A stretch of 64,000 bases of DNA from Callorhinchus milii (Eukaryota). The stretch is from assembly GCF_018977255.1 (NCBI RefSeq), contig NW_024704742.1, positions 111,974,001 to 112,038,000 of the forward strand, given 5' to 3'. A program made the position numbers and the translations under genes. Shown here in pieces: positions 40,450 to 52,685 of the stretch. The notes beneath the pieces were generated by a model. It had not been told where the DNA came from. It did no database searches and worked only from the letters and a program-made list of their open reading frames with translations. How positions within the stretch are numbered: position 1 is the stretch's first letter; the number at the start of each line of letters is the position of its first letter.

Positions 40450-40802
40450 CCCAAATCCCACTTCAGGACATTGAACTCACAGTATAAGCTGACAATACAA
40501 TGCAATGCAGTGCTAGAGGCGTACTGCTATGTCGTCTTTCAGATGAGATATTAAACCAAATCTCACCTGTCTGATCATGGTATTACTTGAAACAAGCAGG
40601 GTGTTTCTTCCAGTGTCCTGTCAACAATACTCCAGATATAATTGGTCATTCAATTCATGGCCTTTTGTGGACATTGTTGTGCGCAAATTCGTTGCTCCAT
40701 TCACCTACCAATTCACAGTCTCTATACAGTACAGTAAATTCTATGAAACCCTTTAATTTATTTTGAAATGAACGAAATGCAAGTATTATTATTATTATTA
40801 TT
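40450..40802 (+). mobile_element. Old Deu-type SINE, degraded
   Basis: gtcgtctttcagatgagatattaaacc..ttgtggacattgttgtgcgcaaatt..aaatgcaagtattattatt. Confidence 0.7.
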
Positions 40803-41499
40803 GTGTTTTGAATGCTACATCAGCCATAATTGTGGTTGCATTGGTCAAATCTCCCACTAAAATAGCAATAACTCTATCCCAAGCATAACATGAAATACAG
40901 ATTATTTCACTTTGTTTTACTTTGCATTTATTGCTATTTCATGCTTAATGTCTAGGACAGAACTGGGCACAAATACAGTGTCTCTTTGTCCTATCCAATC
41001 CTACCATTGTTGAAATTTGATCCATTTTTAATTTTGTTTTCCTTAAATAACACTTTATAAGGCTGTGAACTTTTTCAGACATAACACGTTTTTAGTGTGG
41101 AAAAAATTTGAGAGAATTTGGCAACGGGACAGAACAAAATTGCTTTTCTCTGCATGGCTCAAATTATGGCTCTTATGTTGATAGTCAGAAAGATAAAAGT
41201 ATATTTGTTTAAATATTATCTTTATCCTGATGTATGAAGCCAAAATATATTTTGTGTGACGGCAAAATACACCATTTGTGCGTGATATTGTACTCTGGAG
41301 CTCTGAAACTCCTTACTTCTCTCAGCTGCCCCGTTTGTCTTCAAGAACATTCACTACACCTGACTGACGTTTTCCATTGTCTTGGCATCACTTTACTAGT
41401 ATTTCTTGATTTATCTGTGCCATCCTTCTCAAATTCTGTACCCCTAGTCAGCACTTTGAGACTTACTTTTGATATTGCTTGCGCATTATATAATGCATT

Positions 41500-41935
41500 G
41501 TGTAAGGTTTTAATAGGGTAGACAAAGGGAAGATATTTCCACTTGTGGGGGAGACCAAAGCCAGCGGCCATCAATATTACAAAAAAGTCACAAATAGATC
41601 AAATAGAGAAGTTAGAAGAAATTTCTTCACACATAGAGTAGTGGGAATGTGGAACATGCTAACAGGTAAATAGCATAGATGTCTTTAAGGGGAAGCTAGA
41701 TAGATACATGAGGGAGAAAGGAATAGAAGGTTATGCTTGAATATGATGTCCAGCGTGTTGGGAGTCCTCCCAACGTGAAAGGCGCTCTATAAATGAAATC
41801 TTGTTGTGTTGTTGTTGTTGAAGGCTTAGTTGAGGAAGGACAGGAGGAGACTCATGTGGAGCATAAACACCGGCATAGACCAGTTGGGCCGATGGCCTGT
41901 TTCTGTGCTGTATAGTCTAATGTATTCTAATGTAT
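41500..41935 (+). mobile_element. CR1 3' end with nested L2 tail
   Basis: aatttcttcacacatagagtagtgggaatgtggaac...gttgggccgatggcctgtttctgtgctgta and terminal (tctaatgtat) repeats; L2 tail at about 41750-41820. Confidence 0.8.
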
Positions 41936-43976
41936 AAATGTGCATTGGTGTGCAGTATTATTGGCCTTACTCCTTCATCTCTGTCCTCAATAAATATAAA
42001 ATGATATTGTTGCCGAAGCTGAGTACGAGAAATGCCCAATTTTTATAAATGTTTAGACATGTGTTTATTTAGAAATGGATTAATGTCACAATTAAAATCC
42101 ATAAATTTCACAAGAAAGGAGTGAGATTTGGCAGTTCTGAAAATTCAAACCCACTGCTGCTTGCAAGAGATAAAGAGACCTTGCGGAAGGTTGCCATGGT
42201 GAACTGGAGTATTTCTCTCACTTCTGGTGTCGATTAGACTAACCAATTTTTTTCTTTGTTTCTATCGCCAATTTTCTCCTCCAATTCTCCAAGAGCTACA
42301 TAGTACATTAAAGAATGATATAGCATCGTAACAGGTCAGTCCACCCATCAAGTTCATGTCTGTGTTTATATTTCACATGAGCTCTCTCCTCTCCGACTTC
42401 CCTCTCCTACAACCTTCTATTCCCTTCTCCCTCGAAAATGCATTGTTTTATGCTTTTTTTCTTCAACGACAGCTTCCATCATTGAGTTGCGTATTCTACT
42501 CTCTGCATGAAGGTGTTTCTCCTGAACTGAATTAGATCTGCTACCATCGAACTTTTATTTATCCTGACATTTTATTTTGAGCCAACTGGAACTTCATATT
42601 GGCGCTTAGAATGACACTTCTCTTATAAAAAAACAAATCCTTCCCCCTCCCAATCAACCTATCACATTCCCAGCCCAACTGTTCTTTATTATAAGATTTG
42701 CATGATCCTTGTTGGAAAATTGCGATTCGGAAAAGTGTGATTTAGGAGTCAATGCAGCAGCACTGTAGCATGACCCTGATTGAAGATTATGGGCAATTTA
42801 CAATTTGAAATTCCCCCACTTTTGAACATTATGGAGAACAGTGACTCACACTGTGGGAGATTTCACCGAGCTGAAAATACCTTTAGACTCACTGAGCTGC
42901 CTATTTGACCTGCTACCTCGACCTCCGAGCTAACACAAGTTTATACACACTGCACTCCCTGTAGCCAGAAGGTGCAGCCTACCATTGTAGCTCCCAGTTG
43001 CACCCTCCTCAATCACAATATGGCTACAGTAAGTTTGGGATAGCTGGCAGTCAGGGAAAATAGTCACTGAATAGCACCTATGACAGCATAGAAGTCTAGG
43101 CAAAAGCCCTTATAGTTTCTGAAATGGCAGGTCGCACTTTCCTTCCCACCCCCGCCAAACAGCCCCAATAAAATAAATGACCACAATGCCCCTAACCCTC
43201 TCCTCATTCAACTAACCCTATAAGTCTATTAGTAAAACATCCCCAGATGAAAACTAAGAGCAGCCCCAGAGCAACCCTCCCGTGCGTGCAAGTCGTTACT
43301 TCTCTGGTAACATGATAGCCTTCCCCCACCACCTCCAAATCTAAGATGGAACATAAACAGTACAAATTGTATGAAGAAAATGATGGCCCCATCAGTTGTA
43401 CTAAAGTGCTCCAAGTCACACAAGTGCTCAGCTCAAATAGACACAACCCACTTTAAACACAGTGTAAAGAGAAACATGGTATTGTAGTAACATTGAATGG
43501 TTGTAAATTTGAAAAAGTGTATAGATCTTTTATCTCATTTGAATTTGGTTGAATCAGGATGGTAGGTTTATTGAAAAAAATTAGCATCTTCTTTACTGTT
43601 CATAAAATGTTACTGTTAATTAATTTGCTATTGTTTCCTCTTTTTGTAGGGATGCCACTCAGCTCAAAAAATTGCAAGATCAGTATAGGTGAAGAAGACC
43701 CTTCAGCGCATCTGATTTCATCCTTCTGGAATATTCAACCCATCTTCCCATCACGGCATCAAGCTTTTTTGTAAAAAAAATGGGGATCAGAATCCTGGCA
43801 ATCTATTCCAGTCATTAATTACCCCTGGATAAAGAAATATTTCCTGGTACCTATCCTGAAATTGCCTCTTGCAACTCTAAAACTACGTCCTCTTGTTCTG
43901 CTGTCAGTGCATTGGAAAGTATTGTTCTGGCTTCATTTCTCATGGCACTTAAAATCTTGTATCCTCTATAATGACA

Positions 43977-44180
43977 TTACTCCACATGCCTGATAATAAT
44001 CCCTCAAGAAAAAAAAGCAATAATAATTTGGTCACTCAATCCACTGCTGTGCACAATTTGCTGCCGCTTTTCGCCCACAAAATATACAGTCAATTCACTT
44101 TACAGTATACTCTGTGAAGCGCTTTGAGATGTCTAGAAGACGTGAAAAGCACTATATCAAATGCAAGGATTATTATTATT
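43977..44180 (+). mobile_element. 5'-truncated copy of the same SINE family
   Basis: Begins at ttactccacatgcctgataataatccctc and ends atatcaaatgcaaggattattattatt; no tRNA head. Confidence 0.88.
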
Positions 44181-46594
44181 GGTGGCGCTTCTTTTGCATA
44201 TTTCCCGTGTACAGTGTGCAAGTGACTTTTTTTGGTTGGGCGGGTGTCTGACACATGCAGAAACCCATCATCCCTACAAAGGAAGTGACATCAGCAGCAA
44301 CCTGATGACCTGGAAGGCAGCGAGTTTTAGCATGAAAAGCCATCTCGTCAGCATTGAAAGTCGAGTTTACCATGTTTACCATATAACAAGGGTGTTCAGT
44401 ATATCTGCACTGTGAGTGGACCCGTGCCAAACCTTAGAACATTGTCACCATGTGCTAAGCCACTAACTAGGAGCTAACTCACCATTTATAACAAATTATC
44501 AGGACTGTTGTGGGTAAATGCCAGTACCATTCTTTGAAGAGAAGCTGGAAGCAACTGGGTCATCTAAAACATAAGCAGGCTCCTGCAGCTATTATTAGTG
44601 TCAATAATGATGCTGTTCTTGTGACAGATACGTACAATGAGCCTCTTTTGAGTATTACAGCAGCAAAGAGAGCAAAAATGAGCTGCCTATGATTGTGATA
44701 AATTATGGTTAATCCATTTCTAACAATACTGATTTTGATTTATGTCAGATTGTGCACTTTTCCAATGGATTATTATCTAAAATTCTGAGTACAATGTCGA
44801 TGAGTCATTTAATGCCAACATCTGCATTTAATGTACCAAGATTATGGTAAATGAAAATTTAAGCTCCTTTGTTTGTCTGGTTGATAAATCCACTTCTCAA
44901 TACAACACTAAGCTATGCAGAGCAAATGGTTGCAGGTTCGAATTCTGGATTGCATTGACTTAGCTGATCTCATTTGAAGCTTTGGCCCATTTGATAAGTG
45001 CTCTGGGATGCTGCCCTGTGTGAAGGGCGCTGTATAAATGCAAGTTGTTGTTGAAGGCACTACAGTTGGTCATAGTGGCCCTGGTTTATGAAGGGGAAAG
45101 CATTGTTTTCCTCTGCTTACTGCTGTCTGTGAGTTGGAGTGTTAATTTGGAAACCAGTGCTTTTTGGAGGTCTGAGAAAAACTGAATTTTCCAAAATACT
45201 GCACACAGTATTTTTTGTTTTCTATTTTGTGTGGCCAATTTTTTTTCCAATTCTCTCCCTACTGGTGTATGCCTCCCTGCTTCTGGTTTGGCCTCCTCCA
45301 CTAAGGTATGGTTCCATAAGCACTGAATACCCTACCACAGGATTTTATCATAAGAGAGGTTCGGATGAAGAAGGTCCTTCGGCCCATTTGATCTCATCCT
45401 ATCAGAACATCCACTCTACCATTTTTCCGTCACAGCATCAAACTGTTTGTTAAAGTGCAGCATCTTGACCTGAACTGCCCTTTCTGATTACGTGTTCCTC
45501 TGGGTAAAGAAATACTTGTTCGGAAATTGCTTTTTGTAACTCTCAACCTTTCAGTGCATCCACAAAAATTGTTCTAGATTTACAACAACAACTTGCATTT
45601 ATATCATTCCCTTCATGCAGGTTAGCATCTTGGAGTGTTTACTTTCTCAATCACTTTTGAAATTTTATATACTAGTACAAGGCCCTCTGAGATGCCTCCT
45701 TTTAAGATTCAAAGAATACCCTTCTGAAGTGCCCCCTTTGAATTCACTCCTCAGAATTAATTCCTCTAACACTTCTTTGCCCTCTTCATCCTTGTTGCTC
45801 TCCTCTTTATATGCCGTTAGTACCCAGGCAGACTCCTTATGTAGCATGCTGTTCGTGAAGTGTAGCCTGACCAGATCACTAAACAGTTCTGAACCCCAAC
45901 GATTTTCTAATCTTGTCTGACACTCCAATGCAATACTGAGTTGGTTGATATGTTAAGCATTGCTGGATGTCATGTTAATCCAATGTTCTTCTGAGGTGTT
46001 ATTAGGTGTTACAGATTCCAAAGAACAAGGAGTTAGTTGCAAGTTATTCCTTTGCTTTCACTGAATAAATCAACATTGTATCCTGCATTTGGCTGGTCCC
46101 CATCTTGTTTACTTGTGTCTGATTAATCTGATCTTTTGCAATCCAAACAAAACCAGGTTTTCCAAATGTGTTTGAATAAATCAGGTCTGAATGTACTAAC
46201 TGTACTTTAAAATATCAGTTCACTTGATCTTCTGATGGGGAGATCAAAAGGTATTAGGAATTTAAGCACTGTGTTCTGATTTTGTTTTAAAGATGAAATT
46301 TAACTGTAATCATCCAAATTCAACAAAAAGCAGATTAACTGCCTCTTCATCTCATTGTTGTTTGTGGGCCATAACTGGCACAGACTAGCTATAGCATTTG
46401 CCTACATTCAAATAGTCACTGCACTTTAAAATAACCCCTGAAGTGCTTTTAATGCTTTGAAGCAAAAAGGGACAAGGATTTCTATGTCTCTTAACCAGTG
46501 ATTACACATGAACAGTTCTATTCAGAGATTTGTGTCGTTTTGTCAGAAAGGCGAGCTATGCCTGAAAAGATTAAGAATGCTATGCTGCCAACTT

Positions 46595-46690
46595 TACCCC
46601 AATCCCCCACTGCCTGCTCGGGTCCAAATCCCTTCCTGTCCAGAGCCTTGGGACGTCCTCCTGATGTGAAAGGTGCTGTACAAATGTAAC
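46595..46690 (+). mobile_element. L2 3' UTR/tail fragment
   Basis: cctgctcgggtcc..gtccagagccttgggacgtcctcctgatgtgaaaggtgctgtacaaatg, similar to tails at 36210-36300 and 49555-49649. Confidence 0.7.
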
Positions 46691-47013
46691 TTTGCACAAC
46701 TTTTAATATGTATGATGAACAAGATTTGCAGTATTTGCCTTAGATTGAGTCTCCAATCCTGTAAGGCAGGATATTGAATATCCAGCATAAAAGTGATCAA
46801 CTACACTATTTACTAAGGTGTATGTATGTGTGTTGGTGGGGGGAGGGGGGATATCTAAGGAAATTCACTCATCACTTAATTAAAGAAAATCGCAGTGTAG
46901 AAAGAGCAGACATAATGGAATTGAAATAATATCTTGGATTCCCACCATATTTTGCCTACAAAGTTCACTGTACAGTATATTCTGGAGTATGAATACTTCT
47001 TCACTTTGTCAGT

Positions 47014-47314
47014 GGAGTCCTGTAGCTCAGTGGTTAGAGCACTCGGCTCGCAAGCAAGAAAGCAAGAGGCCTGGGTTTGATTCCTGGCAGAGCGATATCC
47101 TGGGCAAGTTTCCTTACTCCACATGCCTGATAATAATCCCTCAAGAAAAAAAACAATAATAATTTGGTCACTCAACCCACGACTGCTTGTGGGACACTGC
47201 TGTGTGCAATTGGCTACTGCGCTTTGCCCACAAAAATACAGTCAATTCACTTTACAGTATATTCTCAATGATGTGATAAGGCACTCTATCAAATGCAATT
47301 ATTATTATTATTAT
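47014..47314 (+). mobile_element. tRNA-Ala-headed SINE (diverged)
   Basis: ggagtcctgtagctcagtggttagagc...aaatgcaattattattatt; small gcaaga duplication in the head and deletion in the tail. Confidence 0.9.
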
Positions 47315-48496
47315 ATAATGAACAGAGTTGAAAAATGATCCTGCATGTAATATTTAATACCAGTCATCGGTGGTGCATATATGGTCCTTAGTTCATTTCA
47401 AGTCAGCACACACTTTAGACCAGGTCTCCAGATTTTGTACAGGTTTGAGAACTATCATCATTCCGACCAGTTACATTTGCAGAACTAGGATTAGAGATGG
47501 CTCTTGCACCAAACCAGGGACTGTATTCCAGTCCCTGCTGTTGGAAATGTTGTTTACTGACTTATTAATATTTTTGCACTGCCCTATTCCAGCATAATCG
47601 CAATTGAAGATTTCTCACGTAACTGACTTGTTTTGCTACAGTATTATGCAACTAAATTAGGAACAACAGACACAGGAAAGTAAACCAGTGTGATCAAGAT
47701 CATTAACATTGTGCACGTGGAAAACACATCAGCAGTAGTTCAGAATGGGGTGACTGATATTTGTAGTTTACCCTCCGCTTTTAGTTCATAAATTAGTGTG
47801 GGACTGTAAGGTCTGAGGGGTGTTATGAAGTACTCTGATCTGAATTCTTTGAATGTATTTGAGTTTGTGTCTGTATAACCATCCATAAAATTGATAACGC
47901 TTTAATGAGAATCCTTATTATTTCCTCACTTTCTGTGTAACTAGTTATGTGATGGATTGACTTGTCCTATAATTCTCTGAGCCCTTTTTTTAATGTTGTG
48001 GAGAAGTCCAATATTGTTAGCTTTCAGTACAGTCACCTTGCCTTCAGTATTAATCACCCTACACGTTCTCCCCTGCAGCTTACCTAGCTGTTGTTCACAA
48101 CGTAAGGACAGGAAATGGTTTGATCGTGTTTTAATGAATGAGAGATTAGAAAACACTGAATGTTATTTTCAAGGATAAACTATGTTAATGATGGGCTGCA
48201 TTGAGAGATATTATGATCTGGTTTGATCAGAGATTTGGTTCCAATATGTCTATAAGCAAAGGGTCATACATGTGGGTGGGATCTAATTTTGAGTGCTATG
48301 TTGAACAAGGTATTTTAATAAACTGCGCACAATTACGTGTTGTTAGCTGGTAGAGTTCAGATAAGTGTGCAGATGCAAGAGGTTATTTTGTACGTACAGT
48401 GTATAAATATCAGGAGTGTGAATAACTGTGACATCTTGACAAATCTGACACGTTTTAACTATGCAGTCTAGCAATCTGTTAGATGTTCAACTAATA

Positions 48497-48553
48497 TGAT
48501 TCCAGAACTGCTAGTGTAATTTGCTGTGATTCCAGAACTGCTGGTGTCATTTG
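48497..48553. repeat. 30-bp tandem duplication
   Basis: tgattccagaactgctagtgtaatttg ctg tgattccagaactgctggtgtcatttg. Confidence 0.9.
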
Positions 48554-48723
48554 ATTTGTACGTGAATAGATGATTTCTTCCAAAAGCCAATGCTTCAATA
48601 TACTGTATCACATTAGTAATGTTTCCAATACTCAAAATGTACCCACCCAATATAACATCTAAAAGTGTGTTTATGCAGCTTTTTCTTGACAATGGTATAA
48701 CATTCTTTGTAGAAAATAGACTT

Positions 48724-49032
48724 AATAATAATTATCCTTGCATTTGATATAGTGTTTTTCACATCTTCTAGACGTCTCAAAGCGCTTCACAGAATATACT
48801 GTAAAGTGAATTGACTGCATATTTGTGGGCGAACGGGTCAGCCAATTGCGCACAGCAATGTCCCACAAACAGTCATGGATTGAAACTGACCAATATATTA
48901 TTGTTTTTTTGGAGGGATTATTATTAGGCATGTGGAGTAAGGAAACTTGCCCAAGGTTTCGCCCTGCCTGGAATTGAACTCAGGTCTCTCACTTGCAAAG
49001 CGAGTGCTCTAACCACTGAGCTACAGGACTCC
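48724..49032 (-). mobile_element. tRNA-Ala-headed SINE, full length
   Basis: Reverse complement ends ..ctctaaccactgagctacaggactcc. Confidence 0.92.
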
Positions 49033-49111
49033 TTCACCAACAAAGTACAGTGCTTATGAAACCCAAACCCATCAGATTGTGTAACCTTATGAGAAGATTT
49101 ACTACAGCAGT

Positions 49112-49649
49112 ATTTCCATCCACAGGCTGCAGATCATCCAGACGTCTGTAGCCTGTGTCCTCTCCCGCACTAGGCTCTATGACCCTATCAACCCCATCCT
49201 TGGCCAACTCCACTGGCTTCCCATCACACAGAGGATGCAGTTTAAGATCCTGGTCCTCACCTTCAAAGCCCTCCATGGTCTTGCTCCCCCCTACCTCTCC
49301 GACCTCCTAAACCCCTACCATATTGTTCGCTCCCTCCACTCAGCAGGCTCTGGCCTGCTTCATGTCCCCCGCCTTGCTCGCCCCACTATCGGCGGGCGGG
49401 CCTTCTGCCACTCTGCGCCCACCTTTTGGAACTCCATCCTGAAGTCCTTCCCTCTCGCCCCCTCCTTCGTCACCTTCAAGACCCACCTCAAGACCCTCAT
49501 CTTTGACCATGCTTTCGATCTCCCTGCTTCCCCCCCTGCCCTCCATCCTGACCCTCAGCTCGGGTCCGTAACTCTGTCTGTCGAGTGCCTTCGGACATCC
49601 TCCTGATGTGAAAGGCGCTATACAAATTTAATTTTATTGTTGTTGTTGT
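49112..49649 (+). mobile_element. 5'-truncated L2
   Basis: MQFKILVLTFKALHGLAPPYLSDLL...GGRAFCHSAPTFWNS followed by stem-loop tail and (ttg)n. Confidence 0.9.
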
Positions 49650-52574
49650 ACCCAAGAATGGAGATTCCTCAGCTCTCTGTGAGTACCTACAGCACTCCTT
49701 CCGGTTATTTGATTGCCATCTGAACAGCAACAGCAACAGCATTATTGCATCTAGCACAATCTCCTTGTTTGTTTCCTCCAGAATTGGTGAGATTTTGTTC
49801 GGTGCATTCCACGGGCATTATTTCATTAACGTTTGACTTCCCTTCCCTATTTTGCGTGTTTTTATCTTTCTTTGTTAGCAGCCAGCATATTGGTTTAGTA
49901 CTTTAGTTTGGGGTGGGAGATGGTCCCTGTTTATGTTGTTAAATCAAATCCCTTCATAAACGTGAACAGCTCAATTAAATAACTATACAATCTCCTCAGA
50001 ACCAAGGGATACTATCCATCAACAACAGCAGCAACTTGCATTTAGCATTGACAATAGCCTTTCACTATTGTTTACCACCCCCACCAACACACACTCCCTG
50101 ATATCACCCTTGTGATTCCACACAGCATTGCCCAAAAGCAGTCCATCCTTTCAGCACTGAGGCACCCAAAACTGAATGCAGTCATGTGATCTTGGTAGAG
50201 TCTTGCACAACCTCAATCATCTATTCTTATTTACCTTATGCTTCAATATTATTGAAGACTGTGCAAATGTGCAATATTTTGAAGCATAACCTCTCCTTCA
50301 TTTAGAGAAAATAACATATCAGGCCAGCATCAGGACTGATAACCTATTGCAAATGTGAAGTGGTTGGGGTACATACAGCCATAAAGCAATTAACTGCTAA
50401 GAAGCAATGTGGATTTGTTTCCACAGGAAAAGACACCGGTTTACCAGCGATTGGTAGTTTCCACGTGTACAGCTTGTTTGTTTACATGTGCAGTAACACT
50501 GGGTCGTGCCCTTTCAGCACGCCCTATCTCTGTTTCCACTTGGCATTGCTGATAATAGCTTGACCCTCGGGACAGCTGAAATCAGCAGCACAAGAGCAAG
50601 GTCACAAGTGCCAGAGGCTGCGACCCTCCAGACACCTGAGCCAACAAATACAACCTGTTACATTGATTTTTCTATTCTGCACGGTTCAGTCTCCACGAGA
50701 GGGTGTCCAAACAGTTTGGTTTGTATCGAGACAGTGATGGGTAGACTGGGCCTCTCTATCCCAATCCCAAATATGCAGTGGTTCGATGATGAAGTTTGTA
50801 AGGGCTGGAAAAAAATACTGCAAAGTCAAATTGGTGAGACATCTTCCCTCTTGACTTTGATTGTATCATATTTTGCTGCCACAAACAATAAAAACTTACT
50901 AATATCCCTTTGTGCAACTTATGTTTTGTGTGTGTATCATAGTCGGAAGGTGGAATTGTAATAAACGACTGTATAAACATGCGTCAATCTATGGGAGTTT
51001 ACAAGAGAGCAATGTTTAGCCCTGGATCAGGATAACTTTGATGGGAAATGAGGATACAGATGTAGAGCTGCATTGGCCAACAAGATGAGCACAAGGAAAT
51101 GGTTCCATATTATTGCAGACTTCATTTCCGACATCAGGGTTCAAGGAAGGCTGATTTGCAAAGCTCACTGGTGTGCATTGCAATTAACAAGTTTGTCAGT
51201 CGATATTCGGTATTGATCGCTGACTTGTGCACAGCCGGGGGAGAGATAAATGGAGGCAAATTGCAGCGAGCGCAGTGTATCAATGAGTAAGGTTAAGCAA
51301 ACTCTACAATGTTAACGTTTCTAAACGCCCTTTAAAGTTTAATCATTCAATTTAGGTTCAAACTATTTTTTAAAATTTTCAGACAAACTGGTGAACACAC
51401 ACACACTCACAAACACATATATATTTATACGGATGAGTGTTATAAATGAGAACAGATGAGATAACTGGCTGGCCATTTATCCAAATAGCAGTGCATTAGC
51501 ATGACACCAGTACATTTTTCTACATAACCAAACCTTTTTTTTGTTTAATACTAAACGTAAACGCCAACCTCTGGAGACATGTCTACACTGTAGCATTATT
51601 GAAAATCGGTTTGTGCTGTTGAATTTATTTCCCACGGTATTATAAACCTCTTAATCGTAAGTCAGTCAGGCTGTTACATCTGTCTCCAAACTGTTTGATG
51701 TCCAGATTTCCCATTCTACCGCTAGAGTTCGCTGATTAATCAGAGCTGTATTTATTACATATTACAATTCACATTTACTTTCGCCAATTAAACTAAAAAA
51801 ACTTGAAAACTCTTGCAATGCAATTGTATTAAAATACCGTTGCGTAATCTTGTTTTGATCGTAAACGTTGCAACGACATTGAAGAAAGAAATAGAAGAAT
51901 CTACATAAATGCTCGCAGGAAAGACCACTTCAGGGGCGAAAGTTTTCGTCTCTTCCAGATGAATTAGTTGAATTGAAAAAGTTATTCTCCCCACAGCCGA
52001 AGGATGCAAAGGTAAATGTAAAACCATTTACGAGTAAAAGATAGCGCGTTTTATCGTGGTTATTTTATTACACTCAGCGAATGGTCATTCTCCTTAGAAG
52101 TTAACAAAGTTTTCAATGTTAAATCTTTCATAAATCAATGAATTCATTTTGCTTACACTGTTGGGGCGTAAATATCATTGACAGACACTGGTGTAACCTT
52201 TCCTATATTGATCCACCCATAAGTTGGACAATATCAGGTAATTCTGACATCATTATTTGCATGACTTTTGTAACTAAAACCTAAAAAATATCACATTTTC
52301 CTTGATGCCGCATTACTAATTTTAATGTAGTATAATTTTAAAAAGCACTGCTTGATTTAAAAAAAGTCCAACAATTATGAAGAATTGGTGAGGCGAATAT
52401 CAATTGCCATCATATTGGATCGATAATATTTCCTAACATAATAATATCTGTTTCTTCTGATTTCACGATCCTTACTCTTTCTCCTGACTTTTGTTTGATG
52501 TGTTCTTTAGAAAGCCAACTAAAATATAAATATGAATATTATTGTCATTCACAACAGAAAAATGAGTTAAAAAG

Positions 52575-52685
52575 TAATCCCTGCGTTTGATATAACGCAT
52601 TATCACGACTTCTAGACGCCTCAAAGCGCTTCACAGAATATACTGTAAAGTGATTTGACGGTATGTTTTGTGGGCGAAATGTGAC
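52575..52685 (-). mobile_element. SINE 3' tail fragment (only clear TE after 51 kb)
   Basis: ttctagacgcctcaaagcgcttcacagaatatactgtaaagtg. Confidence 0.85.

Noticed and set aside
51940..52017. Exon-like segment (tcttccag or ccccacag acceptors, AAG|gtaaat donor)
   Set aside because: Splice-like motifs of this strength occur often by chance; no coding or transcript support.
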